Below are positions 27,830 to 38,300 of a stretch of 64,000 nt of DNA, in pieces (position 1 is the stretch's first letter; the number at the start of each line of letters is the position of its first letter). This DNA comes from Leptospira sp. (lineage in GTDB: Bacteria; Spirochaetota; Leptospiria; Leptospirales; Leptospiraceae): positions 96,001 to 160,000 of the forward strand of contig JAWXAQ010000002.1 in the NCBI GenBank assembly GCA_034439575.1. Reading direction: 5' to 3'. A model generated the notes under the pieces. The model saw nothing but the letters and a program-made list of their open reading frames with translations. It was not told the DNA's origin and did not search any database. Position numbers and translations under genes: made by a program.

Positions 27830-29683
27830 GTGGATAGCCAAATTCCAAAGGTAAATTTTTTAAAAAAACTTTTGGTCGCCTTTTTATCTGCTGGGCTCGC
27901 AATAAGTTCCTTTTCATGCTCCCTTCCTTCCATTGTAAAAAACCCACTCGAATTATTTAGTTTTTTCCGCTTTTTATACCCTCCGAGTTCTACGATAAAT
28001 TCTATCAAATATGTTAGATCGGATATGGTTTTCACGATCAACTTGGATATCACTGAACAAATACCAGAAATTTCTGGAAGGATTACAACGTGTATATCTA
28101 CTCCTGAATTGCCGAAAGGGCTGGCATTGGATAGTACGACTTGCAAAATTTCAGGAAAACCTAGTGTTTTGCAAACAGTTACAGCTTATGAAATTTTGGC
28201 TTCAAACAATTTTTCATCTAGTAAAACTACGATTAATATTACTGTAAATGCGGCGGCTCCCACAAATTTTAGTTATACGTCTTCTCCTTTTTCTTTCACT
28301 GTAAATATGCCTATCTCTTCTGTTTCGCCAGCAGTTGATGGAACCATCTCTAGTTGTGCTTCGAATCCAGGATTGCCAACGGGATTGAGTCTTTCTGATG
28401 ACTGTATAATTTCTGGTACACCTACTGTTTTACAGGCAAGTACAATTTATACGATCACTGCCACAAATATATATGGATCTACTTCGACTACTTTAAGTTT
28501 GGCTGTTGTGGTGGCGGCTCCGTCAAGTTTATCTTATGCGGGAGGTCCATTCACTTTCACAATAAATAATGCGATTACAACTGTGAGTCCTACGGTCACA
28601 GGTACTGTGACTTCGTATTCAGTTTCACCCAGTTTACCGATAGGGCTTTCGATTAACACGTCAACTGGGGATCTGAGTGGTACTCCCACCGTTTTGTCGA
28701 CAACTTCAAGTTATACAATAACGGCCGCGAATGCGCAAGGTAGTACCGATTTTAGTCTTTCGATCACTGTAAATGATTCACCGCCATCTGCTTTAAGTTA
28801 CACAGGCTCACCCTTTACGTTTACTCAAAATGCTACTATAACGAATTTGACACCTACCGTCACAGGAACTCCAGTTTCCTATGCAATATCTCCTGCTTTG
28901 CCAACGGGACTTAGTATGAGCACAACTACAGGTGTGATTTCAGGCACTCCGACTAGCACTTCGGCGCTTGCCACATATACTATCACTGCAACAAATTCAG
29001 GTGGAAATACCAATACAACAATTGATATAACAGTGATTAGCAATGTACCAACTGGAGTGGTTGGTGGATCTGGTGGAGTAGCTAAAGCTTTGGTGAGTTG
29101 GAATAACGTTACTGGCGCAACAGCTTATCATATTTATTATTCCTTATCGAGCCCAGTCACTATAGGGGGAGGTGGGGTCACTAAAATTGCTTCGGTCACT
29201 TCTCCTTATACTCATACTGGATTAACAGATGGTGTGCCAGTTTATTATATCGTGACTTCCGAAAATGGCTTGGGAGAAAGTTTGGCCTCGGCTGAGGTAT
29301 CAGGAACACCAGGGTTGCCTGTCGAATGTTCAAGTTATACGAGTTTCAATGGGGACGATCGAACGACAGCAAACACAGGATCAACTTTCTGTGATCAAGG
29401 AGTCACAAATAACCTCTGGATCAGATTTACGGGAACTAATGTCCGTTTGCTTTCTACTTTTATACCGCCTAGTAGCACCTGTTTAACGGATGCCCCTGGT
29501 TATATGACGAGTGCCCATCCGTCAACGGTGGGAACCATTACCGCAAAAACGGTTTGTTATAATTGGTCGGGAAATAACTGTTTTTTTACTAATAGTGTCA
29601 ACGTAATCAATTGTAGCGGGTATTATGTTTATCAATTACCTGATCCAACAAATTGTAGTTTACGTTATTGTACAGAACCGTGA
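27830..29683 (+). CDS. Surface lipoprotein: 4 putative Ig (He_PIG-like) repeats, FN3 domain, C-terminal uromodulin/GP2-like D8C domain
   Basis: Lipobox SSFSC; repeats LP-x-GL...ISG-x-P...Y-x-I-x-A-x-N; FN3 VSWNNVTGATAYHIYY...YYIVTSENGLGES; C-terminal 8-Cys module ending GYYVYQL..CSLRYC. Confidence 0.85.
   Translation: MDSQIPKVNFLKKLLVAFLSAGLAISSFSCSLPSIVKNPLELFSFFRFLYPPSSTINSIKYVRSDMVFTINLDITEQIPEISGRITTCISTPELPKGLALDSTTCKISGKPSVLQTVTAYEILASNNFSSSKTTINITVNAAAPTNFSYTSSPFSFTVNMPISSVSPAVDGTISSCASNPGLPTGLSLSDDCIISGTPTVLQASTIYTITATNIYGSTSTTLSLAVVVAAPSSLSYAGGPFTFTINNAITTVSPTVTGTVTSYSVSPSLPIGLSINTSTGDLSGTPTVLSTTSSYTITAANAQGSTDFSLSITVNDSPPSALSYTGSPFTFTQNATITNLTPTVTGTPVSYAISPALPTGLSMSTTTGVISGTPTSTSALATYTITATNSGGNTNTTIDITVISNVPTGVVGGSGGVAKALVSWNNVTGATAYHIYYSLSSPVTIGGGGVTKIASVTSPYTHTGLTDGVPVYYIVTSENGLGESLASAEVSGTPGLPVECSSYTSFNGDDRTTANTGSTFCDQGVTNNLWIRFTGTNVRLLSTFIPPSSTCLTDAPGYMTSAHPSTVGTITAKTVCYNWSGNNCFFTNSVNVINCSGYYVYQLPDPTNCSLRYCTEP
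28000..29040 (+). repeat. Four diverged tandem Ig-like repeats of about 88 aa within the lipoprotein (boundaries approximate)
   Basis: Recurring SY-x-(G/S)-x-PF-x-FT-x-N, P-x-LP-x-GL, SGTPT and YTITA-x-N-x-x-G units. Confidence 0.8.
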
Positions 29684-29743
29684 ATTAAATTACATTTAAG
29701 TTCGCATAATAGAGAATTTATCATATAAAAAGTGTAAATTATC

Positions 29744-30613
29744 TTAATGGATAGGAATATATATATCTGTAATTTTAACTTTCTGAGTTTCAAATGGATT
29801 TAAATAAACTTCAAAGGGCATTTCATTTCGGATTTTAATTTTATATTTAGTAGGATATTCGTAGATTAAGAAATGGTATACGGATTCCAATTCCTTATAA
29901 CTTCCTCTGTGGCGTGTGATTAAATACCTACCACCATTAATCATCTGATAGCCGACAGATTCATAAGTTGGTAAATTTGTTCCGACTGTGATTCCTAAAT
30001 CAAAACGGATTTTTTCACTCTTAGTAATTGATGGATCATCATTTGAAACACCTATCCACTTGTGATTGTTTGGTGAAAGTTTCATTTTATCTATAAATTT
30101 GATTAAGATTTTTGTTTCCTTTGCATTTGGTAATGGACCTGGGAGTTCCTGGTAACTTCCAAATTTTCTAACATAGGCAATTCGAAATGAATCGATAGTT
30201 TTAGAATAAATTTCATGAAGTTTGATACTATTTGGAATTATATTTATCCAATCTGTATCTAAAATTTTTTCTTTTTTAATCGATGAATATTTTTTTCGGT
30301 ACTCAGTCGGACTCAAGTGAAAGAGCCTTTTAAAGGCTCTAGTAAAAGCTTCATGAGATAAAAATCCAGATTCGAGGGCTATTTCAATAATTGGCATTTG
30401 TGAAATTCGAAGTTCATAAGCCGCTTTCTCTAGTCTAAGTCTAGTTATGTGCTTTTTGATCGACTCGCCAGTGGATGATTTGAAAATTCTGTGAAAGTGG
30501 AAATACGAATAATTCGAAAAAAATGCTAATTGATTGAGGGAAATTTTGTGATCTAAATCATTTTGGATTTTGTCATATACTTGGTAAATTTTGTCTTTCA
30601 CAGAATTTTTCAT
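29744..30613 (-). CDS. AraC family regulator with C-terminal GyrI-like effector domain
   Basis: SYFHFHRIFK...RLRLEKAA...GFLSHEAFTRAFK; DDPSIT..IRFD; HRGSY; FEVYLN..TDIYIPI. Confidence 0.92.
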   Translation of the reverse strand: MKNSVKDKIYQVYDKIQNDLDHKISLNQLAFFSNYSYFHFHRIFKSSTGESIKKHITRLRLEKAAYELRISQMPIIEIALESGFLSHEAFTRAFKRLFHLSPTEYRKKYSSIKKEKILDTDWINIIPNSIKLHEIYSKTIDSFRIAYVRKFGSYQELPGPLPNAKETKILIKFIDKMKLSPNNHKWIGVSNDDPSITKSEKIRFDLGITVGTNLPTYESVGYQMINGGRYLITRHRGSYKELESVYHFLIYEYPTKYKIKIRNEMPFEVYLNPFETQKVKITDIYIPIH

Positions 30614-30621
30614 CTGAAATT

Positions 30622-30996
30622 TTAACGCTCTTTCACAATATCAATGCCGATTCCATTCGGATCTATGATGACAAAATGTTCATCACCCCAATCTTCCATT
30701 GTTAGCTCCATTAAAAATGGAATGCCCAATTTTTTAATTCTCTCAAATTCTTTTTCTATGTTTGGTGATTCTAGTATCAACCAAATTCCAGCACCTTGGT
30801 ATTGTTTTTGAAAGACCGAGTGCTTAACTTGTGGTAGATTTGGTAACATAAGTCCCAATTCGTTATCCGGACGATCTTTCGCATGTAAAAGAATAAACCA
30901 GTCACTTTCAAATTTAATTTCAAATTCTAAGACTGTTTTAAAAAATTCCGCTGTCTCTAAAAGTTTATCAGTCACGATCCCAGTTTGTAATTTCAT
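30622..30996 (-). CDS. VOC/glyoxalase family protein
   Basis: EDWGDEHFVIIDPNGIGIDIV; GAGG RBS. Confidence 0.85.
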   Translation of the reverse strand: MKLQTGIVTDKLLETAEFFKTVLEFEIKFESDWFILLHAKDRPDNELGLMLPNLPQVKHSVFQKQYQGAGIWLILESPNIEKEFERIKKLGIPFLMELTMEDWGDEHFVIIDPNGIGIDIVKER

Positions 30997-31091
30997 ATTT
31001 ATTTCCTCTATTTTTTAGTATAAAGGAAATGAAATATTGAACTTGATCGTTTTTGCTTTTTTTATGTTTTAATAATCAAAGAAATTAAGTT

Positions 31092-32501
31092 TTATGATAG
31101 AAACTGACTGGCCATTTCCACTGCCACTTTACTACCGTTATAGATTCCATCAGTTGAATGTTTGATTACTTTTTCATTCATTCGCAATAACAAATCATTA
31201 GAGAATGCAAAAATTTCGACAAGTTCATGAGCATGTTTTGGTTCACGACATTCTACTGTACCTTCACCTAGTTCTAAGGAACGCAATACCGATGCCGCTT
31301 CATGATCTCCAACGCGACGAATGAATAATTTGGGTATAGGAAAGAAAGCTAATTCAGAAGGTTTTGTGACAAGAACATCTGCTATGCGAATCAATTTGTC
31401 AGTCGCCGAAAATGCTTCCGTATGCGATGAAAAATTAAAAAGTACAACAGAAGGAGTTTTATCTCGTTCATCCTCTTTTAATGGGTGATCAGAAATAAAA
31501 TCTTGTAATTGTTCCCAAGTCAGTATGGATTTATAAGGAATTTTTTGTTGGTTTAAAAATTCTTCAAAACCATTTAAAACTTTTGTATGGTCTCCCGTAT
31601 TGATCCAAAAATGAAAGTCACGATCGAGTAGTGCTGATTTTGAAAGTGCGATCACATCTTGCACAAAACTTCTTTGGGCTCCAGCTCCGCCAATGGGAAT
31701 GAGAAACCTTCTTTTTTTCTTTTCATCAATTCGGCGGATACGATTTTCACTATCAATGTTCGCATTACGCGCGATATCTTCTGAAACCCAATGGCCTGCG
31801 ACAGCCAAATTTTCTTTAGGTACTCCCATTTCGATGTACTTTGTATACGAAGATGGACTTTGGACTAAGTTCATGGCACCCGGAACTAATAAATAAAATT
31901 GTGGGAAATTGTCACAAATTAAGTGAATCACATTTTTAAAGTTAGATGCCACTGCAATTTGACCGTTTAACGGGTATGTTGTGATGACAGGATTTTCTTT
32001 AGGGAGTGCGATCATTAAATTTTTATACAACTCTGCTAATTGGCAAGAAAGTTCAAGCGAAGTCAAATTCCCTTGTGACATGAGTTGGCCCCAAGCCCAT
32101 TCCACGGGACCACCCATTTCCGCTGACAGACGGCTAAAAAAACTGTAAGATTGATCAATGTCGTGAATGGCTTTTGACTCATTCGAGTCTATGGCGAGTA
32201 GGTCATGCAAAAATGTAGGAATCTTTTTTGCGAGAGAATGTGAATAAACAGAAAGAGCCATGCGATGGTGACCGTAGCCCATCCGGATTGAACCTACAAT
32301 CAGTCCTTTTCCAATTTGAGTTCCATCAGAAGAATTTTTTATGAGAGATAGACCTGGGTAAATCGCTGAAGGTTCAAGTCCGAGACCCACGGGACGATCT
32401 GCGACGATATTATATTTTTTCTGAAGGAAGATTCGTGTGAGGTTAGCAGATTGTTTGGATATATAGCCTGCGCTGAGGCCAAAAAGAGGTTCCCGATTCA
32501 T
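31092..32501 (-). CDS. Hypothetical protein with GT-B/MGDG-synthase-like motifs
   Basis: MGYGHHR, IGGAG, ADVLVTKPSEL, VGDHEA. Confidence 0.55.
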   Translation of the reverse strand: MNREPLFGLSAGYISKQSANLTRIFLQKKYNIVADRPVGLGLEPSAIYPGLSLIKNSSDGTQIGKGLIVGSIRMGYGHHRMALSVYSHSLAKKIPTFLHDLLAIDSNESKAIHDIDQSYSFFSRLSAEMGGPVEWAWGQLMSQGNLTSLELSCQLAELYKNLMIALPKENPVITTYPLNGQIAVASNFKNVIHLICDNFPQFYLLVPGAMNLVQSPSSYTKYIEMGVPKENLAVAGHWVSEDIARNANIDSENRIRRIDEKKKRRFLIPIGGAGAQRSFVQDVIALSKSALLDRDFHFWINTGDHTKVLNGFEEFLNQQKIPYKSILTWEQLQDFISDHPLKEDERDKTPSVVLFNFSSHTEAFSATDKLIRIADVLVTKPSELAFFPIPKLFIRRVGDHEAASVLRSLELGEGTVECREPKHAHELVEIFAFSNDLLLRMNEKVIKHSTDGIYNGSKVAVEMASQFLS

Positions 32502-32590
32502 TCCGAGATCATACTCTGTGAACCATTCTCTTTCAAGTTTATTTTGAATTCGTGGCTGACACTTAGGTAAATTTATGGCTTTCTGGCTTC

Positions 32591-33772
32591 ATGGAACAAG
32601 TTTTTATTCTCGGCGGACTGAGATCCGCTTTTGGTAGTTTTGGTGGCTCATTGAAGGATATGAGCGCTGTTGATTTGGGTGTAGAAGTGACGAAGGCAGC
32701 ACTTTCAAAAGTCGGTATAGACCCGAACCTTATTGAAGAATCAATTTTTGGAAATGTGATTCCAACAGGAAAAGAAGGAATTTATTTAGCACGCCATATT
32801 GGTTTGAAATCTGGTATGCCAGTCGCGATTCCTGCGCTTACTTTAAATAGGTTATGCGGTTCGGGAATGGAAACTGTCATCCAAGCGGCTAAGAAAATTA
32901 TGTTAGGGGAAGCACATACAGTTCTTGCTGGTGGAGTCGAATCCATGAGTAACGCTCCATATGTTGTGCGTAATGCGAGATTTGGAGTTCGTTATGGAAA
33001 TACGGAATTTGAAGATTCTTTAGCGCAAGGTCTAACCGATATTTATGTAGAACTGCCAATGGGAATGACTGCTGAAAATCTAGCTGACCAATACAAAATC
33101 TCTCGTCAAGAACAAGATGATTGGGCCGCGATTTCACAAGAAAGAGCTGAAATAGCGACAAACAATGGTATTCTTAAAGAAGAAATTCATGCGATCACCA
33201 TCGCTGGAAAAACTCCAATCGTATTTGATAAAGATGAATTTATCAAAGGTAAGGCGAGTGCCGCAAAACTTGCTGGATTAAAACCTGCATTTAAAAAAGA
33301 CGGAACTGTGACAGCAGGAAATGCATCAGGTATCAATGATGGTGCTTCTGCTCTCATCGTTGCTTCTGAAAGTCAGGCAAAAAAATTAGGTAAAGAACCC
33401 TTAGCAATCGTTAAAGGATGGGGGCAAGTAGGTTGTGATCCTGCAAAAATGGGAATTGGTCCTGCTATAGCGATTCCAATCGCATTACAGAAAGCTGGAA
33501 TCACATTGAAGGATGTAGGGCTTATTGAAGTTAACGAAGCATTTGCGGCTCAATACTTAGCAGTTCAAAAAGAACTGGGTCTTGATCCCAAAATTACCAA
33601 CGTTAATGGCGGTGCAATCGCTATCGGACATCCGCTCGGTGCATCAGGAAATCGTGTCACTTTAACACTTGCACTAGAAATGAAAAGACGCGGCGTAAAA
33701 TACGGTGTCGCCTCACTTTGCATTGGTGGTGGACAAGGAATCGCGATCGTATTAGAAAATCCCAAAGCTTAA
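32591..33772 (+). CDS. Acetyl-CoA C-acetyltransferase (thiolase)
   Basis: [27 protein letters not shown]. Confidence 0.96.
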   Translation: MEQVFILGGLRSAFGSFGGSLKDMSAVDLGVEVTKAALSKVGIDPNLIEESIFGNVIPTGKEGIYLARHIGLKSGMPVAIPALTLNRLCGSGMETVIQAAKKIMLGEAHTVLAGGVESMSNAPYVVRNARFGVRYGNTEFEDSLAQGLTDIYVELPMGMTAENLADQYKISRQEQDDWAAISQERAEIATNNGILKEEIHAITIAGKTPIVFDKDEFIKGKASAAKLAGLKPAFKKDGTVTAGNASGINDGASALIVASESQAKKLGKEPLAIVKGWGQVGCDPAKMGIGPAIAIPIALQKAGITLKDVGLIEVNEAFAAQYLAVQKELGLDPKITNVNGGAIAIGHPLGASGNRVTLTLALEMKRRGVKYGVASLCIGGGQGIAIVLENPKA

Positions 33773-35388
33773 TGTATTTACTCTTCCCAGGTAGGCATCA
33801 CCTTTTAACAAGGTTCCAACATGAATATATCCGCATGTTGGAAAAAAATGGCCTCTGGGAAGCTGTAGACATCAACGGAAAACCTATCGGAGTTTCGGCT
33901 CTGATAACTTGCCTTGTATTTGCAGTTACTTCTGCGAATCACCACCAAACAAGAAGAAATCCCCTTCCTCTTTATCAGAGGGCGATGATGATTCAAGATT
34001 TTTCCTCAGATTTTTCCTTTCCATCCTATCTAGTCCCTATAGATGACATTGGCCAATCAGATAATTTTGCAGAATATACTTTAAAAAAAATAGAAGCAGA
34101 TACTGAATCGAACTTCTCACTTAACAAGGATAATACTATTGTTTTGTGTTCGTCCCCAGTTATGAAATACTACCAAGAATTAGGATTTCGAATTCTTCCT
34201 GTAGAAAGGTTACCTGGGATATCGGAAAATTTTGTCACCAAACAACCTTGGCAAATCTTGGAAGAAATTGCCTTAAGCGAAACACAAGAAAAAGTAAATG
34301 ATATCTATTCTAAATATGTTCATCCAGCAACTAAAAGATTGTGGACTGAATATGGCATAGTAAATCGTATTAGGTTTCTTTTTAAAGATAATCTAATCGG
34401 AGATGATGGTGATTTGACTGAATCCAGAGACTATAACACTTATGTCCGCGAAATGGATGAAATCGCCGAACTTAAATTTAACGAAACCAAAGAATTTATT
34501 CGACCAGGTCGTATTGGTGATATCGGCTGTGCTGTCGGTTCTTGGATTAAATTAGCCACCGAAGAACCAAGTTTATTTGAAAGTGATTTTTATGGTGTAG
34601 AAATTGCACGAAAACTTTTTGATATTTGCCAACAACGTAAAGAGAATGGTGACTTCCAAAATACAAATATATTTTTTTTAAGAAAAAATGCAGTCACTGG
34701 CCTCGTGTTTCCAAAAAATTCTATGAGAACAATTCATACTTCATCGTTAACTCATGAAATAGAATCTTATGGAAGTAGAGAAAATTTACTTTCTTTTATT
34801 AAAAATAGATACGATGAATTGTTAGATGGTGGCGTTTGGATCAATAGAGATGTGCTTGGCCCTGAAAACAAAGATGAAATCGTATATCTTTGGTTAAATG
34901 ATACCGATGGTCTTAATGAAATTCTACCTTCAGATTTTGTGGATAAAAATTTAAAAAAACAATATCTGGATTCACTTTCAACATACTCCCGTTTTTTTAT
35001 ATTTCAAAATGAATTTCGTAAGAAACATAATTATAATCTTTCCTTTACTCAAATTGAAATCGAAGGAAAAAAATATTTAAAACTGAAACTTAAAGACGCA
35101 TGCGAGTTTCTTTCAAAAAAAGATTATACTGACAATTGGGATAGTGAAATGCATGAATCCTTTTGTTTTTGGTCATTCTCTGAATGGAAAGAGGCAATGC
35201 GACAAAATGGTTTTCAAATTCTTGCTGGATCTTCGGCATATGCTAATCCATGGATCATTGAAAATCGCTATGTCTCTAAAGCAGAAATTTATACAACAAT
35301 TTCAAATAACCCTACCCAAAATGCCGATCTTATACGTATACCATTCCCGGTTACGAATATGCTTTTGGTTGGGGTAAAACAGGGTTGA
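33772..35388 (+). CDS. Fusion of a HIGH-like nucleotidyltransferase-fold domain and a class I SAM-dependent methyltransferase
   Basis: N-terminal FPGRHHLLTRFQ, AVTSANH..TRRNP...R; C-terminal IGDIGCAVG, YGVEI, SSLTHE, GGVWINRD; TAATG overlap with the thiolase stop. Confidence 0.7.
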   Translation: MYLLFPGRHHLLTRFQHEYIRMLEKNGLWEAVDINGKPIGVSALITCLVFAVTSANHHQTRRNPLPLYQRAMMIQDFSSDFSFPSYLVPIDDIGQSDNFAEYTLKKIEADTESNFSLNKDNTIVLCSSPVMKYYQELGFRILPVERLPGISENFVTKQPWQILEEIALSETQEKVNDIYSKYVHPATKRLWTEYGIVNRIRFLFKDNLIGDDGDLTESRDYNTYVREMDEIAELKFNETKEFIRPGRIGDIGCAVGSWIKLATEEPSLFESDFYGVEIARKLFDICQQRKENGDFQNTNIFFLRKNAVTGLVFPKNSMRTIHTSSLTHEIESYGSRENLLSFIKNRYDELLDGGVWINRDVLGPENKDEIVYLWLNDTDGLNEILPSDFVDKNLKKQYLDSLSTYSRFFIFQNEFRKKHNYNLSFTQIEIEGKKYLKLKLKDACEFLSKKDYTDNWDSEMHESFCFWSFSEWKEAMRQNGFQILAGSSAYANPWIIENRYVSKAEIYTTISNNPTQNADLIRIPFPVTNMLLVGVKQG

Positions 35389-38300
35389 ACCCAGAAATTG
35401 TCAGACATGCAGAAAACATAAAAAAAGTTTTCAAAAACAATTATCTTTTCGCCGACTTACAAGCGCAAGAGTTGGAAGAGATATATCCCTTCTTAGAAAT
35501 AAAAGTTTTTCGTGCCGGCCAATCCATCATCAAAGCGGGCCAAGGTACAAAGTTCATACACTTTGTGTTAAGTGGTAAAATCGGTATCCGATCCGCCGAC
35601 AAAGACGGTTCTCAAAAATTATTAGGCCAATTGGTAAAAGGAGAATCGATCGGTGAGAGATTATCTTTAACTGGTAAAACATCAGGACAAAACTATTTTG
35701 CATTGGAACCATTAGTATTAGTCATACTTCCTGTCACATCATTTCGAAAAATTATCAATAAATTTCCTTATATTGAAGATAGAGCAAAACATAGAGAAGA
35801 AGAACAAGAAAAGTTTCATTCCGTACGAAAACTTAGTTTTTTTCAAGAATTGGATCCAGAAGAAATAAGAAGTGTTTTGAAAGTCATAGAAACAATTTCT
35901 TGTGATACAAATGAATATTTATTTCATGAGGGCGATGAAGGAAATGCTGCCTATATAATCAAAACGGGAAAGATCCATATCCGAACGGAAAATCCCAAGA
36001 AATTAATTTCGATTATGAAACCGGGAGATATCCTCGGCGAAATTGCAATATTTCGAAAACAAAAAAGACTAGCTTCAGCTCTTGCCGCAGAACCATCGAT
36101 AGTTTATAAAATTCCTGGCGAATCTATAAAAAAATTATTAGGTGAATCGAAGGGAGGTAAACTTGAAGAAATTGTACAAGCTCGCCTCTTAAGGTATTCG
36201 ACATATAAAGCAAAAGAAAAAGAAGAGGAAACCTTAAAACCATTTGAATCAAAAAGATTCACCTTAAGACAAGGAGTGAATCAAATCATAGTCGATGAAG
36301 TTACCACAGAGTCTCCTATGTTAGTTGGTTTGGCTTGTGCAGAAATTGCTCTTCGAAATTATGATAAACCTCTGCCACCTAATTGGAAAATTCGAATTAA
36401 AAACGAATTATCCAGAAATCGAATGCCAGGCATATTTGAACTCGCAATCGAACTTGAAAAAATTGGATTTTTAACAAAACAATTGAGAATCCGTCCAAGC
36501 CAACTTGAGGATGTTAATTTTCCCTTTTTTGTAACAGATGAAGAAAATATACCTACTGCAATATATGCCATTGATGAAGATGAAGGGGGTGTCCTTCTTT
36601 CTCATCCATTGAAAGGAATTATAGAAATGGATCTCAAAACATTTTTACTTTCTTGGGACGGCATAATCCTGACTTTCATTCCATCACCTCCGGCAATGAT
36701 GGCAGATACAGGGCTATTTAGTTTTGTAAAAGAGATGAGGTCATTGTTTCGTCCTCATCAATCAGAACTTAGGTGGATATTCTCGACTACTCTAATTTCG
36801 GCAATCCTCGCTTTGTCTTTTCCCTATTTTCTTAGAGAAGTAGTAGATAAGGTATTGGTTTTTTCTGATCACAATTTTTTATTCACACTCTCTGCAGGCG
36901 TTGGCATCTCAATTATTTTCCAAGGATTCTTTTCTCTATTTAGAAATCTCCTCATGATGGGGGTTATGCAAAGATTAGAATATACTTTTCTTGTTCGCTT
37001 CTTTCAGCATATCCTTCGTCTGTCCTTGCCTGAGTTTAAAAAATTTGAGCCAAGTGATTATACGCAAAGGTTAAAGGAAAATCAAAAAATTCTCGAAATG
37101 GCTTCCCGAGCTGGAGTTTCACTATTACTTGATATAGTTATATTACCGATTTTTTTGACCGTACTACTTGTTTCTGATTTTCAACTGACATTAATTGGAG
37201 TAACATTTTTAATATTATATGCATTAATCGTAGTTAGAGTGTCTGCAAAAATAAGAGCACTCTCAGAACATACGTTTGAGTCAAAACGAAAAACTGTATC
37301 ATTTTTATTATCCCTGATTAGTGGGATCAGTATCATAAAAACTTCCACTCAAGAAACAATGTATCTGCTTAAAGGTATGAACGAAATTTCGAGAACCTTG
37401 TTATCAGTGTTTCGTGTGAATAAACGAACAAATTTTTTGCAATTTATGGGAAAGTTTTTTGAACAGATAGGAACACTTGCTGTTATGGGTTTTGGCATTT
37501 CTTCCGTTTTAGAAGAAAAAATTACTTTAGGAACCTATCTCGGCTTTCAAGTACTATTCGGCTTACTAATTGAACCTATCATCAGAATTTGTCGTATTTA
37601 TGATGATATTTTAGAAATGAGAGAATCAAGAAAAAGGTTAATGGAGATTTATTCTCTACCTGGAGAAGTGAATAGTATACGACCGTTTGGTGAATTGCCT
37701 CGTTTAGCAGGAAAAATACGATTAGAGAATGTTAGTTTTAGATATCAGGATTCTGAACCTGAAGTCATATCAAATATCAACATTGAAATACTAGCTGGTG
37801 AAAAAGTATCTATTGTCGGAAGAAGTGGTAGTGGCAAATCGACATTACTTAGATTGATGATGGGTACCTTGACCCCAATTGAAGGTAAAGTTTTAATTGA
37901 TTCTTTTGACTTATCCACTTTAGACCCAGAAGAATTAAGAATACAGTTTGGTGTTGTAGAGCAAACAGCTGTTTTGTTTTCTGGAACCATTGCGGAAAAT
38001 TTGTGTAAAAAAAATCCATCACTTTCCAGAGAGGCTATGCTTGCAGGAGCAAAACTAGCAGCTGTCGATCGATTTGTAGATAGATTTCCTTTTGGATATG
38101 AAACAAAACTTGGGGAAGGTGGTATCGGGCTGTCGGGTGGTCAAAAACAAAGACTAACGATTGCTAGGGCTCTCGTGACGAATCCAGCTATTTTATTTTT
38201 AGATGAGCCTACATCTGCTTTAGATGCAGAGTCTGAATCTTTCGTACAAAGCCAATGGGAAAGTATGTTTATAGATCGAACCGTAGTACAGGTATCACAT

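Noticed and set aside
28000-29040. CRISPR-like or DNA-level tandem repeat
   Set aside because: Repetition is at the protein level with diverged codons inside one ORF; no identical direct repeats with spacers and no cas genes in the window.
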